Positions 7,666 through 16,788 of a stretch of 64,000 bases of DNA are shown here, one piece after another. Source of the DNA: Flavobacteriales bacterium (GTDB lineage: Bacteria; Bacteroidota; Bacteroidia; Flavobacteriales; BACL11). The stretch covers positions 689 to 64,688 of the forward strand of contig JACNLP010000051.1 of the NCBI GenBank assembly GCA_014381465.1, in the 5' to 3' direction. Position numbers and translations under genes: made by a program. The notes below the pieces were generated by a model, which was given only the letters and a program-made list of their open reading frames with translations, did not search any database and was not told where the DNA came from. Numbering within the stretch: the stretch's first letter is position 1; every line of letters starts with the position of its first letter.

Positions 7666-10161
7666 ATGAGAGTTTTAAAGAAAATAATAAAAATTACCCT
7701 GTTGCTTTTACTTTTTTCTGTACTCCTTGGTATAGGTGTTACTTATATTTATGGAGGGAAAATCGAACAAATAATACTTACAAATATTCGTGAAAATTCT
7801 CTGGCAGAAATCAAGGTAAAAGAAATTAATTTTTCGGTTTTTGAAACCTTTCCTTATGCATCAGTAAAACTTACAGATGTGCTAATAATGGAAAAAGAAC
7901 CAAATAATAAGGATACTCTTTTGTATGCAAATCAGAGTTATTTACAGTTCAATATTCTCAATTTAATTGATGGGAAACAAGAAATAATGAAAGTTGTATT
8001 GCTTAATGCTAATCTAAATATAAAGTATGATTTTGATGGAAAGCCGAATTTTAAAATATTTAAAGAAGTAAAGGATAAAAAGAAAAAAGTAAAGATAAAT
8101 CAAGTTTATTTTTCGGATAGTAAAATTACCTATTCTCACCAAAAGAAAAACATAAATATAAAAGGAAACACACAGAAGATATTGCTTTTATTTGATGGAG
8201 AAAACCAATCTGAGTTTTCTGTGAATGGTAATTTGCATATGAAAAATTTAATAGTTGGAAGTGCGGATTATATTCAGAACAAAGAATGTAAATTAGATGC
8301 CAACTTTTCTCTTTCGGATAGTATATTAGAAATTTTAAATGGGGAGCTATTTATTGAAGATGTACAGCTTTTTTTAAACGGGGAAGTAAAAGGGAAAAAT
8401 GTAAACTTGAATATTTCAGCAGATAATCAAAGATTGAAAAGCGTGCTTACACACATGCCAGAAAAGTTCAAATCTGTTTGTAGCTCATTTTTGGCGGATG
8501 GCGATTTAAGCTGTAAAGGAGTAATAAAAGGGACAATTAGTAAAACCAGTAATCCGCATTTTAATATGGATTTCACTATCACCAATGGTGGCTTTAATTT
8601 GAAAGAAAATCCTTTTAAACTTTCGGCAGTTTCTATTAACGGAAATATTGATAATGGCAAAAACAATAATTTTGAAGGCACCCTAATAAAGACAGAAAAT
8701 TGTTCTGCTAAAACTGGAAATGGAACGCTAAGCGGCTCATTTAGGGTAAGTAATTTAAATAACTATTATCTTACAACAGACATTACTACTAATTTAGATT
8801 TGGCGGAAGTGAATCACCAATTTAAAAGCACTCCGTTTTTTAATATGAAGGGCACACTTGTTGCAAGGACAAAATATAATGGACTGTTGTCTTTCTCCAA
8901 AAAAATGAAAAATAATTTTTTGCAGGCAAAACATCAATCGGATGTGGAGCTAAAAAATGTAGAATTCCAATACAAAAACTCCCCGCTTGTTTTTAGATTT
9001 CCATTTCTTAATTGTTATATAAATAATAATAAAATAGTAGTAGAAAAAAGTGAGATTACTATTTCTGATAGCGACCTAAAATTTGATGGTACAATTACTG
9101 ATTTTATTCCGTATTTGCTTGCAGAAGCACCTAAAATTCAACTGCAAGGAAACCTAGAATCGGTATATATAAAGTTTGATGAATTGTTGACAATAAAAGA
9201 TATTAATTCAGGAGAAGGTACATCCGCTTCAACTCTCCCAAATTGGATTGAAGTAGATTTACAAACAAAAATAGAACAGCTAAGCTATCAGTATTTTGTT
9301 GCTAAAAATATTGATGCGGGGATTGATTATAAGAATTACACTCTTAGAGCGAAAGATGTAAAAATGAATACTTTAAATGGGGAAATAAGTGGTGAAATAA
9401 AGTTTTTTGAAAGACCGTTTAACTATTTTAAATTATTTGCTTCAGCCCATTTAGAGAAAATAAATATTAGAGATTTATTTACTGGTTTTCAAAATTTCGG
9501 ACAAGAATTTATTCAGGACAAACATATAAAAGGAGTTGGGACAGCTGATATACAATTGCAATCGACTTGGAATCCTGGCTTTGAGTTTGACCCAAACAAA
9601 TTGCAGCTCAACTCACATTTAATAATAGAAAAAGGAGAGCTTTTAGAATTTTCACCGCTTCTTAACTTATCCTCTTATGTAAGTGTAGAAGAACTAAAAA
9701 ATGTAAAATTTTCTACACTTGAAAACACTATAAAAATAGGGAATAACAACATAATTATTCCTGCCATGGAAATAAAATCAACTGCTCTTTCGGTTTTTAT
9801 TTCTGGTACACATAGTTTTGATAATGAGATTGATTATCAAATAAGGTTATTGCTATCAGAATTGATTTCAAAGAAAGCAAGAAGTAAAAATAAAAATTTA
9901 GAGAATGAACTTGGAGTGGTGAAAGATGATGGGCTTGGGCGTACAACTTTGTATTTAAAAATGGCGGGAAATGTGGATGATCCAGATATTTCTTTTGATA
10001 AAATAAAAATAAAGGAAAAGATAAAAACGGAAGTTAAAAAAGAGGCAGAACAGATAAAAACAATAATAAAAGAGGATGTTTTAAATCAAAAAACAGATAG
10101 TATAAAAACTACAGAAGAAAAAGAACAAGATGTGATTTTAGAATGGAAAGATGAAGAATAA
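7666..10161 (+). CDS. AsmA-like family envelope protein
   Basis: N-terminal TM anchor, long beta-rich body, C-terminal motifs F..L.N...I.N..I.IP.MEI.S and ISGTHSFDNEIDY typical of Bacteroidota AsmA-like proteins. Confidence 0.75.
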   Translation: MRVLKKIIKITLLLLLFSVLLGIGVTYIYGGKIEQIILTNIRENSLAEIKVKEINFSVFETFPYASVKLTDVLIMEKEPNNKDTLLYANQSYLQFNILNLIDGKQEIMKVVLLNANLNIKYDFDGKPNFKIFKEVKDKKKKVKINQVYFSDSKITYSHQKKNINIKGNTQKILLLFDGENQSEFSVNGNLHMKNLIVGSADYIQNKECKLDANFSLSDSILEILNGELFIEDVQLFLNGEVKGKNVNLNISADNQRLKSVLTHMPEKFKSVCSSFLADGDLSCKGVIKGTISKTSNPHFNMDFTITNGGFNLKENPFKLSAVSINGNIDNGKNNNFEGTLIKTENCSAKTGNGTLSGSFRVSNLNNYYLTTDITTNLDLAEVNHQFKSTPFFNMKGTLVARTKYNGLLSFSKKMKNNFLQAKHQSDVELKNVEFQYKNSPLVFRFPFLNCYINNNKIVVEKSEITISDSDLKFDGTITDFIPYLLAEAPKIQLQGNLESVYIKFDELLTIKDINSGEGTSASTLPNWIEVDLQTKIEQLSYQYFVAKNIDAGIDYKNYTLRAKDVKMNTLNGEISGEIKFFERPFNYFKLFASAHLEKINIRDLFTGFQNFGQEFIQDKHIKGVGTADIQLQSTWNPGFEFDPNKLQLNSHLIIEKGELLEFSPLLNLSSYVSVEELKNVKFSTLENTIKIGNNNIIIPAMEIKSTALSVFISGTHSFDNEIDYQIRLLLSELISKKARSKNKNLENELGVVKDDGLGRTTLYLKMAGNVDDPDISFDKIKIKEKIKTEVKKEAEQIKTIIKEDVLNQKTDSIKTTEEKEQDVILEWKDEE

Positions 10162-10172
10162 AAAACAAAAAG

Positions 10173-11339
10173 ATGAATATTTATAATAGAAAAAAAACTT
10201 GGAAATTTTGGCTTTTAATTTTTGCCATCATTATTGGGATTTCTTCCCTTTTTGTTACCAATTCTTTAGTTAAATCTTTGGCTTATGAAGAAAAAAAGAA
10301 GATTGAAATTTGGGCGTATGCTACCAATCAAATGGTGAATATTTCAGATGATGGAAACTTTTCATTGGCCATAAAAGTAATGGAATCAAATGAAAATATT
10401 CCTATAATTTTAGCAGATGAAAATGATAGTATTTTAAATTACAGAAATTTAAACCCAATAAGTGAAATAACGGATGAATATTTGCAAAAGCAACTAAAAA
10501 TAATGAAGGCACAAAATGATCCAATTGAAATTCAGGTTTTTGAAGATTATAAACAGCAGCTTTACTACAAGGATTCTATTTTGCTTACTAGATTGCGTTA
10601 TTATCCCATGTTTCAATTAGGGCTTATTTCATTTTTTATGGTTATTGCTTATTTTGCTTTTAGCTCTGCTAGAAAGGCAGAGCAAAACCAAGTGTGGGCA
10701 GGTATGGCAAAAGAAACTGCACATCAAATTGGCACTCCACTTTCTTCCCTTATGGCTTGGGTGGAACTTCTAAAATCAAAAAAAGAAACAAGAGGTATGG
10801 TGATGGAAATGGAGAAAGACATTAATCGTTTAGAAACAATAACGGATAGGTTTTCAAAAATTGGTTCAAAACCAATTTTAAAAGAAATGGATATTGTGGA
10901 TTTAGTAGTAGATGCTACAAATTATCTGAAATCTCGTTTGCCAGAGAAAGTTAAATTTGAGATTTTATATAAAGAATCGCCAATAATTATTCCTGTAAGT
11001 ACCGTACTATTAAATTGGGTAATAGAAAATATTTGTAAAAATGCTGTGGATTCCATGAAGGGGATGGGGCTAATAAAAATTGAAATAGTAGATGAAATAG
11101 ATAAAATTAAAATTCACATTCATGATTCTGGAAAAGGTATAGAACCTGGGCTTATTAGCTCTATTTTCAAGCCGGGAGTAACTTCCAAAAAAAGGGGATG
11201 GGGCTTGGGACTTTCTCTTTCTAAAAGAATAATAGAGGAGTACCATAAGGGAAAGATATTTGTAAAAAGTTCGATAAAAGGAGAGGGAACTACTTTTTGT
11301 ATATCCCTTCCAAAAAAATCATATTCCGCAACTTCCTAA
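10173..11339 (+). CDS. Membrane sensor histidine kinase (no adjacent response regulator)
   Basis: Two TM segments; H-box AKETAHQIGTPLSSL; N-box ENICKNAVD; G1 DSGKG; G2 GWGLGLSLS. Confidence 0.92.
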   Translation: MNIYNRKKTWKFWLLIFAIIIGISSLFVTNSLVKSLAYEEKKKIEIWAYATNQMVNISDDGNFSLAIKVMESNENIPIILADENDSILNYRNLNPISEITDEYLQKQLKIMKAQNDPIEIQVFEDYKQQLYYKDSILLTRLRYYPMFQLGLISFFMVIAYFAFSSARKAEQNQVWAGMAKETAHQIGTPLSSLMAWVELLKSKKETRGMVMEMEKDINRLETITDRFSKIGSKPILKEMDIVDLVVDATNYLKSRLPEKVKFEILYKESPIIIPVSTVLLNWVIENICKNAVDSMKGMGLIKIEIVDEIDKIKIHIHDSGKGIEPGLISSIFKPGVTSKKRGWGLGLSLSKRIIEEYHKGKIFVKSSIKGEGTTFCISLPKKSYSATS

Positions 11340-12161
11340 GTTGTTTTTATTGAGATAATTCTGATGATATTCCTCTGCTCTGTAATATTTTTTTGCTGGA
11401 ATAATTTGAGTAACAATAGGATTCTTCCATTTCTGTTGTTGGCTAATAATTGATTGTTCAGCTAACTCTTTTTGCTCCTGAGAATGATAAAAAACAACCG
11501 ATCGGTATTGTGTACCAACATCTACTCCTTGTTTATTTAAAGTAGTTGGGTTATGATTCTCCCAAAAAATAGCAAGTACATTTTTGTATGAAATAATCTC
11601 AGGATTAAAATAAACATGAACCACTTCTGCATGATTCGTATCTCCTTTACAGACTTCCTTATAAGTTGGGTTTTTTGTATTTCCACCCATATATCCAACT
11701 GATGATAAGTAAACTCCCTTAGTTGTTTTAAATATCTTTTCAACTTGCCAAAAACATCCTGCTCCAAAAGTGGCTTTCTCTAAATTATTATATGCTTTAA
11801 ATTGTAAACTTAAGGAGTTTACGCAATGCCTTGTATCTTTTTCTGTTATCTGCTCTCCTTTAAATACATGCCCTAAATGTCCATCACATTTAGCACAACA
11901 TATTTCAGTCCTAGCCCTTCCTCCACTTAAATCTTCATAACGAATAATTGCACCTTCAATTTCATCATCAAATGAAGGCCAGCCACATCCAGAATTAAAT
12001 TTAGAATTTGATTCATACAATGGAGATTTACACGCTCTGCAAACAAAAATTCCAGCTTCAAAATTGTTATTGTATTCCCCACTAAAAGGAGCTTCTGTTC
12101 CTTTATTTTTTAAAATAGCTACTTCATCTGAAGTTAAGCCTTTTAAGAATTCATTTTTCAT
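11319..12161 (-). CDS. msrAB: Bifunctional peptide methionine sulfoxide reductase, MsrB-MsrA fusion, no signal peptide
   Basis: MsrB: GTEAPFSGEY, CRAC/CAKC zinc sites, GCGWPSF, RHCVNS. MsrA: GAGCFW, GHAE-like TNHAEVV, GTQYRS, AEEYHQNY. Confidence 0.95.
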   Translation of the reverse strand: MKNEFLKGLTSDEVAILKNKGTEAPFSGEYNNNFEAGIFVCRACKSPLYESNSKFNSGCGWPSFDDEIEGAIIRYEDLSGGRARTEICCAKCDGHLGHVFKGEQITEKDTRHCVNSLSLQFKAYNNLEKATFGAGCFWQVEKIFKTTKGVYLSSVGYMGGNTKNPTYKEVCKGDTNHAEVVHVYFNPEIISYKNVLAIFWENHNPTTLNKQGVDVGTQYRSVVFYHSQEQKELAEQSIISQQQKWKNPIVTQIIPAKKYYRAEEYHQNYLNKNNLGSCGI

Positions 12162-12181
12162 AAGTTCTAAATTTCTACAAA

Positions 12182-12217
12182 AATAAAAAAAGCACCCAAA
12201 TGGATGCTTTTTTTATT
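12182..12217 (-). terminator. Intrinsic terminator after hmuY; overlaps a TATTTTTG -7 element (12178-12185, minus strand) for msrAB
   Basis: AATAAAAAAAGCA-cccaaatgga-TGCTTTTTTTATT inverted repeat. Confidence 0.75.
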
Positions 12218-12234
12218 ACTAACCCTTTTTTTAT

Positions 12235-12870
12235 TTAGAAAGTTAAATTTACTGCTTCTGATTGATATACATAATTAAAGGTGTAAAAACCGCCATACAC
12301 ATTTGAAAATGCAGCATCATAAAAATTAAGAATCTCAATTTTAGCATATTTGTTGTCATGAGTTCTTATTACTAGTATTTTCCCTGCAATTGGAGAAATT
12401 AAATTGGTATTAAAATCATAAACAGACCAGCCCATTTGCTGAATACCCATATCATCAATTATTGCAGTAGAAATTGCTGCATCTTGTAGTAATAAACTCT
12501 CATTAACGGAGCTAATATCTTCCATTGTGCCATCTATTAAATAGGCAGCAGCATTACCTATTCTATCTGGTTGAGAAGAATCGGAAGCGACACCTCCATT
12601 AAAAACTATAGAGGTTGACCTAAATGCAATATCCCAATCATCTCCTTCCACAACAGTCCCTTCTGCAAAACTGAACTTTGTATAATCACCAGTAATAGTT
12701 GGAGGTGCTGGCGGAGGGTTAGGTAAAAATGTTGCGGCTTGAGCATCTAATTCCGTAATTGTAGCAGTTATTACTGTATTAACGACTTCAGGGTTTTCCT
12801 TTTTACATGCTGTAAACACAACTGCTAGTGTAAGCATTGATAAAATTAATTTTGTTTTCATTGTTTTCAT
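12235..12870 (-). CDS. hmuY: HmuY-family heme-binding lipoprotein
   Basis: Lipobox VFTAC; WDIAF, GW..Y, P..GKILVIRT.D.KYAKIEIL.FY and G.YTF.Y motifs; next to a TBDR. Confidence 0.88.
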   Translation of the reverse strand: MKTMKTKLILSMLTLAVVFTACKKENPEVVNTVITATITELDAQAATFLPNPPPAPPTITGDYTKFSFAEGTVVEGDDWDIAFRSTSIVFNGGVASDSSQPDRIGNAAAYLIDGTMEDISSVNESLLLQDAAISTAIIDDMGIQQMGWSVYDFNTNLISPIAGKILVIRTHDNKYAKIEILNFYDAAFSNVYGGFYTFNYVYQSEAVNLTF

Positions 12871-12891
12871 TTTTATTTATTATTATTTGGG

Positions 12892-14967
12892 TTAGGTTTT
12901 AAAATTTATTTTAAGGTTAATGTAATATAATCTTCCTGAAATACTGCTAATGTATTCCGGATTGGTAAAGCCAAAGATGTTTTTTATACCTAGCTGAATA
13001 GATTTTGAAGCATTTGTATGATGAGTGATGCCAACATCACAAAGTGCGTAGCCATCTATAAACTCATCATAAGTATCTAAAAAAGCATTTCCATTAGAAT
13101 CATTAATAGCATATTTACTTCTATAAGTTATGATGGTATTTATATCTACTTTATCGTTAAATTGATAAAATAATTTAAGATTTGCAAGATGTCTAGACCT
13201 GCCAAAAAGACCAAAATAGTCACCTTTATTTAGCTTGAAACTTACTTGCGTTTTAGTATCTTTTGCGTACATATCTTCTGTTTCAAATTTGTTTTTAATA
13301 TCACTATCGAAAGCGAAAAGTAATTGATATCCTGCTTTTATTTCTAGTTTAGAATTTAGACGAAAGTTTGTATTAAATTCAAACCCCTTTGTTTCCACTT
13401 GATTTAGATTAAAATAACTAAAAACAGGCAAAGTATTTGTTTTGTTTGCTACTAGTTGAACTTCAATTAAATTCACTACTGTATTCTTGAAAAAATTGAT
13501 ATTAAAAGATGCTTTTTCATAAAGCTTAAATTTAATGCCCATATTTATATTAAGGGAAGTTTCTGATTTTAATGGAGAATTTATTTCTGAAAAAGGAATA
13601 AAAATACTTTGCAACATACCATCATTTTCCATGGCGTTTAATCTCTCAAAAGCGACCTCTCTTCCTAAAACCGTATAGCCAATTGTGGAGTTAGTAAAAT
13701 CAAAATACCTTTGTCTGAAATCGGGGATTTTAAAACCCGTTCCAACCGAGCCATTTATTTTAATTTGTTTTGAAATAGGAAATCCTAATGCCAATTTGTT
13801 AGATATTTCAGGAGAATAATTGTTGTAATTATCATATCTACTTCCTGCAATAACATCTACAATTCCAAAAGCGAGTAAATCCAATTGCCCATATAAAAAC
13901 TTTAAATCTTGTTGTGCAGTGCTTGAAAAATCTTTTCGATCCAAGTTTTCCTTTGTTGTTCCAAATCCTATAATTCCATTTACTCCTTTAATGTTAAAAT
14001 TATTCTTTAATTCTGATAGCAATAATGTATGGTCAAAATAATTATCGCTAAATAAACTACCATTTTGATTTAGTAAAAACTCATCTGTTTTATAATTTGT
14101 AGTATAAATTTCCGCTTCTATAGAGAAATTAGAATGTATCAAATACTTAATTGATGAACCTAAATTCCATTCTTTTATTTTACTTTCTCCTTCCAAAAGC
14201 AAATTAGATTTTTCTCCTGTGTTTTCTTGCTTTTGACTAAAATATCTTGCATTGGTTTTAAAAATTATCTTTTTTAATAAATTGTACTTTATTTTAGTGC
14301 GAAACGAATAATTATTAAAAGGATTTACAGTGTTTAGTAAATCAGATTCTATTAAATCATAGCCATCAGATTTATAATAGTCTATGGAGTTAGAAAGTTG
14401 CAATCCCTCTTTTTTATATTGATAAAGTGCGCTAGTATTTAAGCTATTATTCGTGCCATATTTTAATCCTAAAAAAATATTCTTCCCATCTTCTACTTGA
14501 CTTTTACTGATAAGATTAATTACTCCTGCTAATGCGTTTGAACCATACAAAGAAGATGAAGCACCTCTAATAATTTCAATCTTTTCAATATCAGCCAAAG
14601 AAATTCTATTTAAATCCAATGCACCAAATGACCTGCCAATCATTGTGCTACCATCTAATAGAATGGCAGTGTAGGAAGCGTCTAATCCTTGTATTTGCAC
14701 TCCCTTTGTCCCTGTTTTGGTGGGGACACTTATAATTCCTGTTTGCTTTTCTATTACTTCATCTAGCTTTGTTGCGGCAGTTTCAGTAATTTCTTTTTTA
14801 TTAATTATGCTTCCTGGAATTGGCAAATTAGCTAATGCTTTTGATGATTTTGTAGCAGTAATTACTACTTCTCTAATCTTTTTTTCAATAGAAATACTAT
14901 CATTTTTATTTTGAGAAAATGCAGTAAAAACAAATAAAATGCTTAATACAAATAGTGTGTTTTTCAA
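12892..14967 (-). CDS. TonB-dependent receptor, HmuR/BtuB-like (TTG start)
   Basis: Signal peptide; TonB-box-like EVVITAT; plug motifs IQGLD..YTAILLDG and IEKIEIIRGASSSLYGSNALAGVINLI; aromatic C-terminal beta-strand. Confidence 0.92.
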   Translation of the reverse strand: MKNTLFVLSILFVFTAFSQNKNDSISIEKKIREVVITATKSSKALANLPIPGSIINKKEITETAATKLDEVIEKQTGIISVPTKTGTKGVQIQGLDASYTAILLDGSTMIGRSFGALDLNRISLADIEKIEIIRGASSSLYGSNALAGVINLISKSQVEDGKNIFLGLKYGTNNSLNTSALYQYKKEGLQLSNSIDYYKSDGYDLIESDLLNTVNPFNNYSFRTKIKYNLLKKIIFKTNARYFSQKQENTGEKSNLLLEGESKIKEWNLGSSIKYLIHSNFSIEAEIYTTNYKTDEFLLNQNGSLFSDNYFDHTLLLSELKNNFNIKGVNGIIGFGTTKENLDRKDFSSTAQQDLKFLYGQLDLLAFGIVDVIAGSRYDNYNNYSPEISNKLALGFPISKQIKINGSVGTGFKIPDFRQRYFDFTNSTIGYTVLGREVAFERLNAMENDGMLQSIFIPFSEINSPLKSETSLNINMGIKFKLYEKASFNINFFKNTVVNLIEVQLVANKTNTLPVFSYFNLNQVETKGFEFNTNFRLNSKLEIKAGYQLLFAFDSDIKNKFETEDMYAKDTKTQVSFKLNKGDYFGLFGRSRHLANLKLFYQFNDKVDINTIITYRSKYAINDSNGNAFLDTYDEFIDGYALCDVGITHHTNASKSIQLGIKNIFGFTNPEYISSISGRLYYINLKINFKT

Positions 14968-14995
14968 TTTAATTTTTTTGCAAGAATACAGTTAG

Positions 14996-15538
14996 TTATT
15001 TATCTGTTTTATGATAAACATCATAGTTTAACTTTAATTTATTTGCGGTTTTAAATACCTCTTTTTTTATACTATTTACTGATAGGGTTGCTCCTGAAAT
15101 CCCATCTATTTTTCTATTTAAATCAGAATAGCTTTTCGTATCAATTCCAATAAATTGTTTCAACCAATTTTTATTACAAATTTCTGCACCATAGTTTTCT
15201 CTGTAATGAAGTATTTCTACTTTTAAAAGTTTTGCATCTTCATCAAAAATTATGTAAAAATCAAAGGAGTGAAATTTGGAGAGTGCCTTAGTTACTGCTA
15301 AATACCCAACAATAGAATCATTCTCTTTAATTGAATAAAAAGTATCATCTAAATCATTAAGTATATATGTACCACTATTAAAAATTTTGGAAATAGAAGT
15401 ATGAATCTTAACTCTACTTTTCTTTTCATACTCCCAATCCGAAAATTTAAAAGAAGAGAAGAGTAAAGCAAAAGTTAAAAGAGCAATTGTTCTACTAATA
15501 ATGTATTTTTTTTTAGTCATTAGATTAATCAATAACAC
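14996..15538 (-). CDS. Exported FMN-binding domain protein (alternative start at 15520)
   Basis: N-terminal hydrophobic segment; VEILHYRENYGAEI...WLKQFIG; flavinylation motif IDGISGATLS. Confidence 0.85.
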   Translation of the reverse strand: MLLINLMTKKKYIISRTIALLTFALLFSSFKFSDWEYEKKSRVKIHTSISKIFNSGTYILNDLDDTFYSIKENDSIVGYLAVTKALSKFHSFDFYIIFDEDAKLLKVEILHYRENYGAEICNKNWLKQFIGIDTKSYSDLNRKIDGISGATLSVNSIKKEVFKTANKLKLNYDVYHKTDK

Positions 15539-15544
15539 TAAAAA

Positions 15545-16702
15545 TTAAAACCAAACAGCAACTCCTAAGTTGAACTGCCCCTTTTTCCCTTCTGAACTAG
15601 CATCAGATAAAATTTGATAATCTGCTTTAAACATTGCTCCTTTAGCTACTTTATACCCTAATCCTATTGTGATATCTGTTCTGTTGTACGCCTCATTAAT
15701 TTCTATTCCTTCTGCTGCTGCATGGGTATTGTAATTTTCATAACGCGCAAAACCAATCAACTCATTGGTAGTATTATAAGTTGCTAATAAATTATATCCA
15801 AGTTCAGCATAATAACCTGTTAATTTACTCCCTAAATCTTTTGCTGTAAAAGCATTGTACTGATTCGTATTAGAAAGATTTGCTAAGATGTATTGTCCCC
15901 TTAATTGTAAAGCACCTTTTTGGTATCTTGCATCTACGCCAAGCATTTGAACACCAATAATAGTAGAATCAGCAGAGGCAACAGCAGTTTCATTTGCTAA
16001 ATCTAACCCATTATAAGCCTTACTTTCAGATTCGCCAATATAAGCGGAGAAACCTAAGTTTAATCCTGCTTGTCCATAGTAAGAAACTCTTGCTGCAAAA
16101 TCAGGAAAAGTAATGTAAGATTTTGCACCTTTTTGCCTTCCACTTCTTAGCCCGTTTTTACCTGAAAAGTTTCCATCATCATCATAGCCGTTAAAACCAT
16201 TTACCACCATAAATTGATAGTTTAATGAATGCTCAATACTTCTACCGCTTATGCCAATTCCCATTTCCCTCCATGTTGTTGGCACAATGTATTTATCTAC
16301 ATTGGTTCTTTCCACTCCATTAAAAGTTGGCGGTTCGTGATACAAGTTTTGAATACCCATTGGAATAAGCATAAGCCCTGCATTTACCGAAATATTGTCC
16401 TTAATTTTGTAATCCAAAAATGCTTGTTCAATATATACCTCTGTTACATGTTCGTATTCAATTTCGGATACAAAAGAAGCTTTATCATTGAAGTTATACC
16501 CAATAAAAGTAATAATTCGGTGCACATCTAAAGTCCCGTTTTTGTAGATTGCACCATCTCTTGTCGGTAAATTAAAGTCAATTTGACCATAACCACCAAT
16601 ATACAAGCCCTGATTTCCTGCAATAATTTTTTCAGCACTGTTTTGAGCAGAAACAACAGCAAGCATTGAGAATAAAATTCCCGTTAAAATCGCTTTTTTC
16701 AT
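15545..16702 (-). CDS. Outer-membrane beta-barrel (porin-like) protein
   Basis: Signal peptide; IGGYGQIDFN...LDVHRIITFIGYNF...FVSEIEYEH; amphipathic strands; terminal FNLGVAVWF BAM signal. Confidence 0.75.
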   Translation of the reverse strand: MKKAILTGILFSMLAVVSAQNSAEKIIAGNQGLYIGGYGQIDFNLPTRDGAIYKNGTLDVHRIITFIGYNFNDKASFVSEIEYEHVTEVYIEQAFLDYKIKDNISVNAGLMLIPMGIQNLYHEPPTFNGVERTNVDKYIVPTTWREMGIGISGRSIEHSLNYQFMVVNGFNGYDDDGNFSGKNGLRSGRQKGAKSYITFPDFAARVSYYGQAGLNLGFSAYIGESESKAYNGLDLANETAVASADSTIIGVQMLGVDARYQKGALQLRGQYILANLSNTNQYNAFTAKDLGSKLTGYYAELGYNLLATYNTTNELIGFARYENYNTHAAAEGIEINEAYNRTDITIGLGYKVAKGAMFKADYQILSDASSEGKKGQFNLGVAVWF

Positions 16703-16739
16703 AACACTTATTCTTATTTAGATTAATTATTAATTGCGG

Positions 16740-16765
16740 CAAAAGTAAATAAATTTTTATATTCG
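16740..16765. promoter_or_regulatory. Back-to-back divergent -7 elements for the porin operon (minus) and hemW (plus)
   Basis: Minus TACTTTTG at 16740-16747; plus TATATTCG (one-mismatch variant) at 16758-16765. Confidence 0.55.
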
Positions 16766-16788
16766 CAAAACTTTTCATAAAAAATATT

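Noticed and set aside
10173-11339. Orphan histidine kinase as a novel signalling system
   Set aside because: Stand-alone kinases of this type are common in Bacteroidota, and nothing in the sequence points to a partner or signal.
11319-12161. Selenocysteine in MsrA or MsrB
   Set aside because: Catalytic positions are ordinary Cys and the frame has no internal TGA.
11319-12870. MsrBA as a dedicated repair enzyme for the Met residues of HmuY
   Set aside because: MsrBA has no signal peptide whereas HmuY is a lipoprotein, and a terminator plus a separate -7 element divide them.
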